NCBI GenBank assembly: GCA_040954595.2
Contig: CM082585.2
Location: 12,080,341 to 12,144,340 of the forward strand
From: Balanoglossus misakiensis
Lineage: Eukaryota > Animalia > Hemichordata
Direction of reading: 5' to 3'
DNA length: 64,000 nt
This document shows, piece by piece, positions 35,201 through 48,021 of this stretch. The notes below the pieces were generated by a model. It searched no databases, had not been told where the DNA came from, and saw only the letters and a program-made list of their open reading frames with translations. Numbering within the stretch: the stretch's first letter is position 1; each line of letters begins with the position of its first letter. Both the position numbers and the translations under genes were made by a program.

Positions 35201-37789
35201 TCTCACCAAAATCTCGTCATCGGCGATACTTTGATATTGAGTTGCGAGACGCGGGGCGGAGCGCCACCAGCGACTCTTGTCTGGAGTAGAGACAACGTCA
35301 CCGTAGAGGGTGTACGACTAACTAGTGGAATAATGAACCAACTGGATTTGGTGATCAATATAACAACTGATCTAGAGGGGGCGCAATTCATTTGCACTTC
35401 CAACCATGTCAAGTACGAACAACCTCAGACTTGTACCATTGGGCCTCTTCACATTTCATCAAAAGGTATTTTTTTTACAAAGTTTCAGTTTTTATGATAC
35501 ATGATGAATTTCGCCAGGTAATCTTTTATATCATGAGCACGGAGGGAAAATCTCAAATTAACGGGATGTATTTTTGGCTACTTTTGTTTTGGGAGTCAAC
35601 TGCAGTTTCTTCGAATTCGCAAAGTAGGATAATTTATTAAAATTGAATATTTACTTTAAACCCGGAATTTTAATTAATTGCGAACATTTTAGTATGATAT
35701 ATATTCCCTTGAATATTTTTTCATATACAGAACCACTAACTACGGAAGCTCCTCAAATTGTGACCACTATAACACCAGCTCCGCCCGAGAAGAGTTTATG
35801 GTTCTGGGTTTTACTGGCTGGTTTCATTGTCTGTGTGGTGATTTTAATGTGCATAGTCCTGGTATGCTGTGTCAAGAGAGGACGAAACGAGAAAGGTAAG
35901 TGAACAGCATGCAGCATCACATGCTAACACACACTCACCCAGCATGCATGGCAGCCACAGAACCATCGACATAAGCGTTCACTCATCTTATGTCATGTTT
36001 CTCAGCAACTATCTCCCTGGGATGATTTCTTCTATCACGCAAACGCACATTCGCAAAGCTCAATATTTGTATTTCATCGACGGGAATCAAGTCGCGTCCA
36101 TCTTCTGGGAGCGCCAAATGTTTTCAAGATGACATTATTTGGTCTACCGGTACAGGGGGCGCTTCTAACCAAGGTAAGAAACCTGCGTTGACATGACAGT
36201 TCCTTGAATGAAAACAGAGCTTATTTGCTTCTGGTGTGCGAAGCTAACTTGCTAGCAATCTGCAATTATTGTAACCGCAATAAAAAGCTTCTATTTTCTA
36301 ACACATTAAACTGGCGCCTTCATCCACTCATAGTTCTCTTTGATTTAAAATTTTCATTATTGCAAACTAACTATAAGTTTACATGACATTTTCGATGTAA
36401 TGGATCTGCCATCTTTTGATATCTAGTTCAGAATTCAACTGTGCTACACAACTACATTTTTCTCTGCTAGGAAAAAAAGTTAAAATGGAAGACATGAGCC
36501 AAAATCTTTGATGTGAGGTCTTCAGTAATAAAAAATATGCGTCTTTCTGCTGTGCCAAGCATAGCTGTTCGCCTTGCCAATTTATGAAATATTAAGAAAA
36601 CTTCGTCTCTCACTCGAATGATTTTTTTCCTAAGCAAACACGCTGTCTATCGATAATATTAATATATAAATAAAGACTTTCGACGAAGAAAATAATCACA
36701 CGAATGATTGTGTTTGTTTCCTACAAGTTGTGTGTGAATGTTTTTCTCGACTGCTAGTAACTTGTAAAAGAGTCTAATTTATCCTTTCATTTTGCAGTAA
36801 ATCTTGACTCACACAAGCCTGCCATATCCGAATTTACGTTGAAGAAAGAAGAAAGTTTTGTCGACATTGGACAAGTGAATGCAACCATTTTTTAATACTT
36901 ATATTATGGAACTACGCAATAAATACCTTGTATTTATGATTGATATTTTTTCGTTAGCAGCTGTAAACGAGCGGGAAAGATAGATGTGTGTGCAATATAA
37001 CAGCAGCTTTCCATTGTGACCAGCACCGCCATTGGTTACAATTACAGTACAATTCTCAAACATTTTTATCAGTACACATAGAAAGTTATGTATCTTTACA
37101 CATATTTTTGTGAGTAGAAAAAATAAAACTAATCAAGGTTATTTTGTATAGTGTCTAATTAAAATGAATGGACGTGTTTCCCATATAAAAGGAATGATGT
37201 GAACTGTGTGGTCCCAACATCCCATAATTCCAATGTCTATCAAACCTCTGTATACACAGTACCAAACACACATCATTTATAGATATGTGAAAATTAGACA
37301 AATGGTAAATTCATTTGGAAGAGATTAATCTACATATGGTCGAGACAACTATCAAATGTGTGAGTGGTTACAGTCACCAAGACGAATTCTCAAATGTTTT
37401 TACAGTTTATTTGTATCATATCGTTTTCCATTTTGTTTCCATCCCAAGGAGAACGCTATGAAGCAACCACCAAATCTGGCTTTGATTCCATCACTTACGG
37501 AGTGAGCGAGAATCAGTACCAGGCGACGCATGCATATGAAGAAATCCCTGTCAAGAAGAAACCCAAGTGGGGCAAAGGCAAGAGAGGGGGTTATGAGTGT
37601 GAAGATGCCACATTAGCCATGCAAGGAATTTCATCCGCGGGAAAGTTTGAAAGTAAAGGTTCTCCGCAGTTTTCTCGTGCTGTTCAAGCGGACATAGATG
37701 ATGATTTGGTGGATGGAGAAATTGGAATAGATGGAGAGACTAACGAAGAGGATGATTTCAATCAAAACGTGAAGGAAATTCACACTTAG
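32263..37789 (+). CDS. Gene B: single-pass receptor, signal peptide-4x LDL-receptor class A-2x C2-type Ig-TM-Tyr-containing acidic tail (about 537 aa)
   Basis: Phase-1 exons: 32263-32332 ([23 protein letters not shown] signal); LDLa 32956-33078, 33890-34003, 34188-34292, 34450-34557 (each with six Cys and a DCxx-x-S/D-DE acidic motif); Ig 34671-34958, 35166-35465; TM 35731-35895; last exon 37449-37789. The tail exon structure is less certain. Confidence 0.85.
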
Positions 37790-40110
37790 AAGCTAAACTC
37801 TAATAGATCTCGTGATATAACATGAGATTTTTATCATTGACAAACAATTTATCACTTGCACGACATTGACAAGAGGCACCACATTTACCTAGATGTGCTT
37901 TAAATTCAAAATAATAGGTAAATAACAAAAAATTCACTTTTCTCACAGGACGCAAATAAATCTAAGAAGTTTTTTATATTTTTTGTACATGAATTAAGTC
38001 AAGCTTTTGTACTATGAAGAAACATGTGGAAAAATTGTTTTGGATCATTTTCCTGTCGCTACTTTTTGCGTGAATGGGATAAGTTTTGTAATTTTGACGA
38101 ATATATAGAGACTTTGACACAAATTTATAGCGATTCTAGATTATTCAAAGTCAATATTAGGGAAAGTTTACCATAGGGAAGTATTGGTTTCACCTGGTGG
38201 GAATTTTTTATGTTGAATAAAGATTATAGTGTACCATAGCGACACAGTACATTGTCTGCCATTATGTATATCTTAAAAATTGACCTTAAAATGGATATTA
38301 ATGCATCATATTTACGTTATAAATTATCGTCGAATGATATCCATTTTGGGACAATCTTAACGAGTGCTGCATGCTGACAGGGTACATTTAGCGAATCCTA
38401 ACACCTGGTACCACCACTTAACAGTGACTGAAGATGACCCCACTGTAATAATTATCAGTTTCTATTTGTTCCTTGGACATACCTTGCAAGTCGATTCGGC
38501 CAATGTGAAATGAATTATATCGTTGGAGATGTTTTGATGTTACATGTACATTAGAGACTGGGTTTAGTCAGATATTTCTGATCACACGCATCTATCTCAG
38601 AAGTCTTCATAGAAAATGAAAACCCACAAATCACTCTAATTTTTCAATTATGCAAATTCAAACTACAAAAATGATTGATTACGGTACATACTCCTGTCAA
38701 TTCGAAGATCACTGACGGAAGGGCGTTTCCGTACGACACACGCTTACTGAGTTACTAAATCTAAATTTACATATATGAAGTCTCTTGGCGAGTATACTGC
38801 TGTTCACGCTTTTATTGAAATTAGGTCATTGCAAGGGTTTTCCCTTTCGCTCGTTAAGAACAGAGGCTAAGATCGGGTCACGCACCAGTTTATGAGAGTT
38901 TAGAACCACACACCACGGGCAGAAAGTGGACCCATGTATCGATCAGTGGTGGTGATACAGAATTGGCGATATTAAGTGAGTAAGGATATTTTTTCGATCT
39001 TTCGACTTTAATTTGTACCTCTTCTACCTCTTGTTTCCATATTAATTTGCTTTAATTTCATTCACGTAACACTGATGCACGGGGTATAACATCCTTCTAG
39101 TCTTGCAATTTCCATGTTTCCCCTTTCCCCATGCTCGCTCAGCTTGAAGTCAATTTGTTGGTTAATAAATGCAAGACAGATTGATGAGAATTTAAATTAC
39201 AGTTTGCCCCACTGGGCTACTCTTAAACAAATCCATCTAGAAGTCGCAAAGCTAAAACAAACATAATCACTCGACTTCTCCTCGAGAAGAGCTACTGTGA
39301 AACTCATGATGGAGAGACGTCAGCCCTACCGGTACATGGAAACTGGTTCAGGTCAGGGTCACTCACAAAACGACCGACGGATGTTGCCTCTGTTCCAAAT
39401 GTCGAGTGCTCCAGGCATTAGGGGCCCTTGGGGTAGCAAAGATATAATTGCAATCTCTAAAAGTTTCATAACATTTCGAAATTGGATCTGTGATACATCT
39501 ATATAATGAAACGCAGACATTCACCGCATGCAACTATGACATTTATAGGTTTCATTATCTGTGTGGTAATATAAGATAACATCTAAAATATATTATCAAA
39601 TTCTTCTCACGGTATATGAATTCCTAATCAAACCAGTTCTGTTTACATGTTCCATTGTAATGTGGTAGTCTGTACGGCAGTTTATGTTCAGCCAAAGATA
39701 ACCAAGAGAATAGCAGCACCCTTGAAAAAAGGAACTTCGCATTTGCAGTTCACGGACTGACACTAAAACTATCTAGTATACATCGGGACTAACACCAAAA
39801 TAAACAACAATAAACATGCCTGTCAAGGATGACCATTATTTCAACGAAAACTTTGGGAGTTCTGATGCAGAAATTAGCAGGAGGTCTTTCCCGGCAAGAG
39901 GAGGTCAGAGATCAGTGCGTAAATATTTAAACAGACGTGGCCTACTTTTTGCAGCAAGCCCATATTATGCAAATCACGTATCTCCATGAAGACTGTCAGG
40001 GAATATATATTCAATATACACTCACGGAAACATTATTTCAACAAAATCAATCATTTCATTTGCCAGTCACAGCCAAAGGGTTTGCCGCTTGTGAAGAAAC
40101 CGAAGCGAAA

Positions 40111-41283
40111 ATGAAACAATTTACCATCATTACGTTATTTCTACTCGGAGTTATTCAGCACGGTAAGCAAATTATACATCAATTTTTCGGAGAAGTTTTT
40201 GGCCAAATGCAATACTCTTTAGGGCAACAGTCTCTGAGTATACTTGAACGTAGTGTATGTATGTATATACACTTGATATTTTCACGAACATCTGCAACTA
40301 TAACATCTTGCAAACAATGCCATGTGCAAGCATCTGAGACAGGCATTTACAAATTATGGAAATAGGTTGGCATCACTTAAGTTTTGTAGTACATGTACTA
40401 GTATATGGAAGAAAAGACTTTTGACAGGTTTTTATGAATTCCTGGTGATGCCGGACAAGCATGAATTTTCTGCTTTCTATTTATTTTCCCAGTTCTGACC
40501 AACCAGAAAATTATCAGGGAACCACAAGACGTGACGTCATACCTTGGAAGAACGATTCTACTGGAATGTTCCTTGACAGGGAAACGGGGTGCTCTGTTCT
40601 GGTATAAAAATACCAAACATATAACCTCTGATTATGACGTAATCATTAATGACGAACGATATGACGTCATCGGGACATCGCCATCTAGTGACTACAATCT
40701 GCAGATCCGTAACGCCACCCCTAGTGACAGTGGGGAGTACGTGTGCAAAGCTAGCGCTCGAGGAGACGAACTGGTAGTCTCATCTAGGATAGCCACAGTC
40801 ATCATTTTAGGTACACTCGTTTCAAACAATTTTCCGTCTTGTTACATAAACGATATCAATAATATTGCAGGCACATTTGCATTGGCCGCTACGACAATCA
40901 AAGGTCTTTCAAAAGGCTCCAGATCACTTCAAGAAATATTTAGAAAATGTACAACTATGAAAAAAATTCACAGGAATGTCTAACACATCTTCCTTCTGAC
41001 ACAGATCAGCCGCCTCCAACAACTACACTAAAGCCAACAACGGAAATCGCCACAACCGAAAATAAAGGTATGTCAAAGTTTGCAAAGTGTTTTATGTTTT
41101 TCATTGTCCAGCTTTCAAAATAAATGTTACATTTTCCTGATTAAAACCTGACAGATAAAACCCTCCTTAATGAACCCGTATAAAATTCCTATTACAGAGA
41201 AAACGGAGCTCTATACAAAACGTGAAGCAACAACGGCGATCATGTTGAATTCTTCTGGAGGTGAGATTGAATACATTACTCAG

Positions 41284-41327
<44 letters not shown>

Positions 41328-42060
41328 GAATATTCATCGTGATCATATATTATTATTATGTCTTTCCTTCAACTTGCAGTAGAAGAAGATCACCGAACGA
41401 CGACGGCGTCCATAAAATTTGACGCTGAAGGTAACTAATTTCAGATTTGATAGATGAAAACGTTCATGCCATGATAGAAATACAGCTGGGACCTCTTATA
41501 TTACCTAAAAGTGTACTGAAAGTAAAGGATTGAAAAAAGTCCACCTAATGTACGTTGGGTTTGGGAAAACGTGATGAAATTAACGCCATAAATTTTGATT
41601 TGATTTTCATGTAACTTGGAACAATCGGAAGAAGAAACGTCTTGAGGGGGTACTTCCTTTCACCATAAACTATACAAGTTGTCAAGTGTCTGTAAATTTT
41701 GAGCATGTATGCTTGTCCTGGGAGAGATTGACTTAGAAGTGTGAGATCAGATTCAATGAATGTTAATCCACTTAGAATCTGCTGTGTCCTGTTTCAGGCA
41801 ACCCAAGGGTCACACCAGTTCCTTACTGGGGCTGGATAATACTTGTGATTGCTGTGGTACTTATCATCTCATTGGCTGTTGCTGGTGTTATGTATTATCG
41901 CTCAAAGCCAACAGGTGAGCACATGACGTCACATTCAAATAAAACCTCACGAACTTTGATACGTGTGAATTAGTGTGAATATCGTTCATTCTGATACTTT
42001 TCACTGATTTGCTTTTTTAACAGCAATTTATGTCTATTTCTTTCAGGGCCGCCTGTTTAA
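40111..42060 (+). CDS. Gene C: small single-pass IgSF protein, signal peptide-one Ig-Thr-rich stalk-TM-9-aa tail (about 225 aa)
   Basis: Phase-1 exons 40111-40162 (MKQFTIITLFLLGVIQH), 40493-40810 (Ig with LEC...W...DSGEYVC), 41005-41067, 41198-41260, 41380-41430 (T-rich micro-exons), 41798-41914 (TM YWGWIILVIAVVLIISLAVAGVMYY), 42047-42060 (GPPV*). AATAAA at 42107. Confidence 0.82.
41284..41327 (+). repeat. (TCAA)n microsatellite, about 11 units, in a gene C intron
   Basis: TCAATCAATCAA... run read directly. Confidence 0.95.
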
Positions 42061-44089
42061 AAGAATTCAAGTACATTTAGAAGGACATTGCCTCGTTGAC
42101 CTGTGCAATAAACTTTTCCTGGTGTTTTTATACACATTCACCTTTAACTTCTCACTAATTGAAATAGTTTTGTAGTTGGTTTGAAAGTGTAATTATCGTA
42201 GGTTATTCGATGTCACTTTGAATTTGATTTGAATTCTAACCATTCCAGAACTAACCAAGGATTGTCTAATACTGAGCGATCAATTTCCCTCTATGTACTT
42301 TTAATACGAAGCTCACGTTAATACCTTGATATCATGCTACTTTCGCTAATAGTGCTGATACAAATTCAAAACATTATCGTTATATGAACAGCACCCTCGA
42401 ACTCAGAACCAACAAGCTGTTATCGTAAAAAATGCCTCCCAAAGCAATAAATTTATCCTTTAGTTCATGGTACCGCTTTTGTCATACTTTGTACCCGGTA
42501 TTTGTTTATTATGTTTGAATTTTATATGAAGTTTCATGCGCGCAAGTTTTGGCCCACATTTTAGTGTGCATATAGTAGTCTCAAGCAGCACATCACGATT
42601 AGCCTAAAATCATATAAAATTGCGAGTGGACGATGACTGTGATGAGAATGGTTGGTTTTTGACCAATGGCAGTCATTGATAGAATAGCGCAGGCCTGACC
42701 TTTTTGAGCGCACGGGCAAAACTAACCCTGCGTACAGGTCTGTGTGGTCCTGACGTGTTACACGGTCTCCACCGTGGAGGCCGTGTAATGCCGGGAACAC
42801 ACAGACCTGTACGCAGAGGTATAGGGCAGAACGAGCCATAGAGACAAACCGCAGTGCCAGAGGTCACATGGTTCGCGCAGATGACATCGAAAATAGTCCA
42901 CAAGTTTTGTTCTATAAACATTTTGAATAAGGTGCTTACCGGAGCGTCTGTGACAAGCTGAGCTGAGTGGGCTAGCTGAGTGTCCACATCTTCACTCAAG
43001 TATTCGTCCTCCTGTGAAGCCTCTTGAAGTTCATCATCTGATAAATTGAAGAAATTACGTTTGGTTACTCCGAATTGTGTGCATTTGGACCGTCAAACGA
43101 GTGTTGTGCAAATCATCTAACCAAATTACCCACAATTATTCATAAAGTACACCTGTCTTTTTGGCAGTGTGAGATTGTGGGCTTTGATTGGTTAAGTTAT
43201 CTGCATGTGCAATAGATTTTGGAACACAGGACTGTATATGCTACATATATTTTAAGAGACGACACTGATACAGATGCCGTTTCCTAATAAATATCAAATG
43301 TTGGGGGTGTTACGGTGTTCATTGCAGGGAAATAGACACCCGCTGTATATGTTAGGAAGTTGATGAGGATGTTAACGTCAACATTTGACCCAACATCCGC
43401 GTCGTCGTCGGTTGATGCGGGATGATAGGTTAAAGGCCGACGATCGTCTTATGCGCATGTGTGTCATTTCATGTGTACAAACATGACGTCCAATCTTCAC
43501 CAAGAAATCTCAGAATCTATTTTTTTCCTCCTCACCATCGGCAACAAACTTTATTTCTTTGAGATAATCTGTAACGTACACTTTAGACGACTCAAAGTTC
43601 ACGCAAGAGAACACACTGCCATAACAAGTCAAAGTTTATTGACCTAGCAGTAATCGGTACGGCAGCACGTACATGTTATTTAATCCGTTCATATCTATCC
43701 GGGATTTCAAAGAAATCGTTTCATCACTTCCTCATGTTCTGAGCAAGTTGTATCTGACAGCACCACACTCCCGACCGACTGTTCTTCTTCGACAGACGGG
43801 CAACTTCTTACTTCTCAGTATTGTGGCTGACAGTTGTCGCTGTATCTTGTAAGTACATTTGTACGATAGGTTGAACTTGTTTTATACTTGGATGATGACG
43901 TGTCGCAAAAGGGACATAGTTCAGAAACCAAACAGTTTCACCGAGTTCACACACATCCGTTTTGTAAAACATATCCCAGTAATGAATGTAACAGATTGAG
44001 GTGTTTGTCCTGATGTATGTATAATGTGACTCTTTTAATTTTATCTGTGATAGGATTGCAAGCACGATCTGACCAAAGGCAGATGGGCA

Positions 44090-45688
44090 ATGGCTACATT
44101 CAATAAAATAATTCCTCTGGCTCTACTAGTCCTATCGTGCAACTGTTTATGTCAATGTGACGAAGAAAATGATGGAACCATTCTGAGAGAGGTGGCAGAA
44201 AGCTGTCAGGCGACACGTGATGCAATCCAGAATTTTTTGTCGACTTCCGGGCAACAACCGACTCTTCCAAACTTTGCTGTTCCTGTATTCCTTGGCAATC
44301 AGGGACTTCAAGGGCAGAAAGGCGATAAAGGTGATCAAGGCGTTGATGGGATGGTTGGTAAAGCAGGTCCTCAGGGTCCAAAGGGTGACAGAGGGGGTGA
44401 TGGGATTGCTGGGTTGCCAGGCAACAAGGGCGAGAAAGGAGAGCAAGGACCAATCGGAACAAAGGGAGATCAAGGGATCTGTAAAGAGTTGCTTCCAGGA
44501 ATTCCACAGCCAGATTTTCAGAGTGAATGGTTGGACCTCACTTCACAGTCAGGGACGGCATCTTTTATCAGTGTTCACCATGACCTTGGAGAGATACCTG
44601 TGCGTGTGAAGGTTCTCGTGAAAGCCGTTGGTGGCGCTAATGACGGTTACATCTTTGAAGGTGTGGGATCACCGTCAGCTGATGATGACCTTGCAACGTT
44701 GACGTATGGAGGTGTTGTGTACCACTACAACGATAATGAAGTGAGAATTTTCGCTCCTGATAAAAGTAACGGACAGGAAAATGGTTGCATCATCGCTGCA
44801 GGAGGAGTGTTATGGGGAAGTCAATATGACCAATGCACACACGCAGCCCAAGTGAAAGTGCAAGCTTGGCGTTCACAATCGTTTCCGTGTCCCGACATTG
44901 TAACCGAATGGTTTGAGTTGAGATCCAAAGATGGAATCAAATCGTTTAAAGAAGTTGAACACAATCTAAGAGAGAGACCATCTTTGGTGGTAGTTCAGTA
45001 CAAAGCCAAGAATCCCGAGCCCGGTTTTGAAGAATTTATTTTCGAAGGGTTAGGAGCTGCACAGTGTGATGATGATCGCGAATGGGCAAACCATGGTGGT
45101 CTAGTGTATGCTGTTGACCCATGGTCTGTCAGACTGTGGGCGCCAACTCGACATGACAGCACATACAGAGTGGCAAATTATGCCGGATATATCATCAATT
45201 TGATAGACGGTTGGGGAGGAGAAGCTGTGACCATTCAAAATGATGTTGCTATGGTGAAAGTCAGCATTTGGAAGAAACACATGTCTGAGCCCGACTACAA
45301 AACTGACTGGTTTCTGCAAATGGGACAAGGTGCCGGCAGGCTACCATTCCGAGAAATACGACTGCCCTCTGTTATCCGGCCTGATCTCGTCCAAGTTGAA
45401 GTTCAGGCAATTGATGGTCCAAATCAAGGCTTCATCTTCTATGGAATGGGCGCCCAGCAAGCCCATTCTGATTCCAACTACGGTGGCGTTGTTTTCGGCT
45501 ACTCAAATTCGACCGTTCGGCTGTGGTCACCCTCATCAGATTCAGGTGCAATAGTCAATGTGATCGATGGATGGGGCGGAGAGGTTAATGTTCAAAGTTC
45601 AAAAGTTGCCATGGTAACTGTGAAAGTGTGGCAAATAGATGATGCTCAACCTAGCCATGTATGCAATCCATCGATTATCAATGTTTAA
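44090..45688 (+). CDS. Gene D: intronless secreted protein, signal peptide-Cys-containing neck-collagen (Gly-X-Y)x21-three tandem ~115-133-aa globular repeats (532 aa)
   Basis: Single long ORF with a hydrophobic signal, uninterrupted GXY from aa 69-131 (44294-44482), and repeats starting at 44510, 44891 and 45290 that share PDxxxxW...FxGxG...GGxV...VR(I/L)(F/W)xP...GG/DG-WG...VxVxxW. Confidence 0.92.
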   Translation: MATFNKIIPLALLVLSCNCLCQCDEENDGTILREVAESCQATRDAIQNFLSTSGQQPTLPNFAVPVFLGNQGLQGQKGDKGDQGVDGMVGKAGPQGPKGDRGGDGIAGLPGNKGEKGEQGPIGTKGDQGICKELLPGIPQPDFQSEWLDLTSQSGTASFISVHHDLGEIPVRVKVLVKAVGGANDGYIFEGVGSPSADDDLATLTYGGVVYHYNDNEVRIFAPDKSNGQENGCIIAAGGVLWGSQYDQCTHAAQVKVQAWRSQSFPCPDIVTEWFELRSKDGIKSFKEVEHNLRERPSLVVVQYKAKNPEPGFEEFIFEGLGAAQCDDDREWANHGGLVYAVDPWSVRLWAPTRHDSTYRVANYAGYIINLIDGWGGEAVTIQNDVAMVKVSIWKKHMSEPDYKTDWFLQMGQGAGRLPFREIRLPSVIRPDLVQVEVQAIDGPNQGFIFYGMGAQQAHSDSNYGGVVFGYSNSTVRLWSPSSDSGAIVNVIDGWGGEVNVQSSKVAMVTVKVWQIDDAQPSHVCNPSIINV

Positions 45689-47544
45689 CTAATTAATGCT
45701 TTTATTACCATGATCATCAATGATTTATAAAGTATACCTAGATTTCATATATTATAACATTTGAAATGAACTTTGGGCAGCGCTTGGAGTAAAATTGAAT
45801 GATCCCGTTTTAGGCAAAAGAAATACGTAAAGAAAGCACACTGGGACTCGTTACTTTGCAAAATGTCAAGTGTGGACAATCAAAGGTAGATTCACTCCTA
45901 AGGGCAGCTAATGATCTGCCTATGTCCTTGATGAATCTGTGAAGAGATCGTGACTGATGAAGTTCTTTGGGAAGACTGTGATTGACACATGACGTCAATG
46001 ACAACAAACTGATTCCCGCATTCATTATTTTATTCTAGGAACATTTCAGTCGTTTCATAAGTTGTCTGAATTAAATGTTCTTCACTGTAGCAAGAAACGG
46101 TCAATGTGTGAACTTTAAAATGAAAATGAAGTTTCGGAAAAAAAATCCTGAATTTGACTTTTACATTTCTTTCAGTCAAGAAACGCTTTGCTGGAATACA
46201 TACAGAAATCATCATTAGAAAGAGGTTGTAATATGACGGTCTCTGTAAAATAAAGGAGTATATTATATATCACCAGAAAATTAAGAGCAGCTAATGCTTA
46301 TTCACCCAGACCCGGTTTACATGTACATCAATATTATGTCATGCCATTTCAGACATGCAATAATTAGTGTGTAATACACCATCAATCGCCAGTCTTCAAT
46401 GACAATGACACTACCACGACAAATAAATAAATATGCTGATGCAATGAACACAGCACCATAGAAATACATCGAAGTTGAGTATGACGTTCAGCATCCGCTG
46501 TCGTCAAGCAACCAGATAGATATAAATAGTTACGCAATCACATGTGCAGAACAGTTGCGCATGCAATACAGGAGAAGTACATGTAAGCTTATCTTGACGT
46601 GTGACACTCACATGATCCTCCTCAGACATTGAACATCGATCTCAGATTTTAGCGGGAAGCAGGAACAAAAGCACGACTATTCTATCAGATTGCAAGAACC
46701 ACCTCGAACCTCCCCCGGGGATTTTGAACACTCTTACCCTGTTCATTGGTGATAAAACTAAGAAAAACAGCTAAACTGCAACTGTTCAAATGTGAGATGC
46801 AAGTCATGTGACAAACAGGCAGTGATCACAGAAGGATCTCAAGGCCATCAACAAACGTAAGTGATAAAGATCTTCATTGCAATTATGTGATATTTGATAA
46901 GAATTTTATACACTACATTTTCTCTACCCGTTGCTTATATTTCTTGAAGACAGGTGAAAAGAAGAAACACTGAACCCCATTTTTATGGTCTTTGTTCCTC
47001 CTTGAAGTCGGATGAACCACAGGATCGAAATTAAATCTCGATTCGTAATTATTAAAAAGGACGATTAATAATTGTCTTTCAACGAAAAGGTCATCCACGG
47101 TCATAAGCAACATGATTAGTTTCATATTTACCACGGTAATTGATGTTATGAAATAGTAAGTATAGTTTGTATAGAACAAAGAGCGTATAGGTAAAGGAAA
47201 TCAAGTGTGCACATTCCTTATAGAGCCTGTGTGTTTCTCTAGCGACCGTTGTTCCCTGGGACACAGTAGGAACTGAACGACCGCTTTATGTTCAGAGCGA
47301 GATAATCCTAGCTACATTTAGTGTTCAGTTCGTGCTAGGAGTCACATCACATTATATTAATTGCGTTGTGGGTAAAAAAGTCGACAACTCACTTCAGCAA
47401 GTGTGAAGAAATGGTACATTAACTGCACGTTCTTTGGCTTTACTTTTACACTATTTCAGACCATCCTTATTTATATATAACATGTATTAGTTGCCAGGAT
47501 GTTGTTCATTCGCGTATTTTTTTAATTTCTTTCCCAGAGAGAGG

Positions 47545-48021
47545 ATGGGCTGCTCAGCATCTAATCTTCACCTAACTGTCAAGACAGAAACTACTGTGAG
47601 TCATCAAAGTGCCAATTTTGTCGCCACAGACAGCGACAAGGCTAGAAGTACAACAGACAGAGGCGAGACTTCTTTTCCAAAAACAAGAGAAGAACTCGGT
47701 GAGATAGGAGCGTCTTTAAACAGACACAAACGGTTTTCAAAGTACAGCATGAAACAGCGCAGCATTGGAAGTATACCAAGTCAGAGCAGTGATATCAGCT
47801 TGGAAAGTTCTGGATGGCTTCAACAGGAACGATGGTTGAAGAAGAAACAGAGGCGATTTTCTTATATGAATGATATCGATATGGCTGGATCGATGAACAA
47901 TTACTATTCGTCAAGAGAAGGGAGTATATACAGCACACAGGAATGGAATAAACAAGACGTTGTTTCAGTGACTCCTGAATCACACAAGACTCCATGGGGA
48001 TGTATTGTTTCATTTAAGTAG
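47545..48021 (+). CDS. Gene E: putative 158-aa membrane-anchored (myristoylated/palmitoylated) Ser-rich disordered protein
   Basis: Starts MGCSAS 8 nt after a good splice acceptor (TTTCTTTCCCAG, ending 47537). It has basophilic kinase sites KRFS and RRFS. No recognisable domain. Confidence 0.6.
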   Translation: MGCSASNLHLTVKTETTVSHQSANFVATDSDKARSTTDRGETSFPKTREELGEIGASLNRHKRFSKYSMKQRSIGSIPSQSSDISLESSGWLQQERWLKKKQRRFSYMNDIDMAGSMNNYYSSREGSIYSTQEWNKQDVVSVTPESHKTPWGCIVSFK

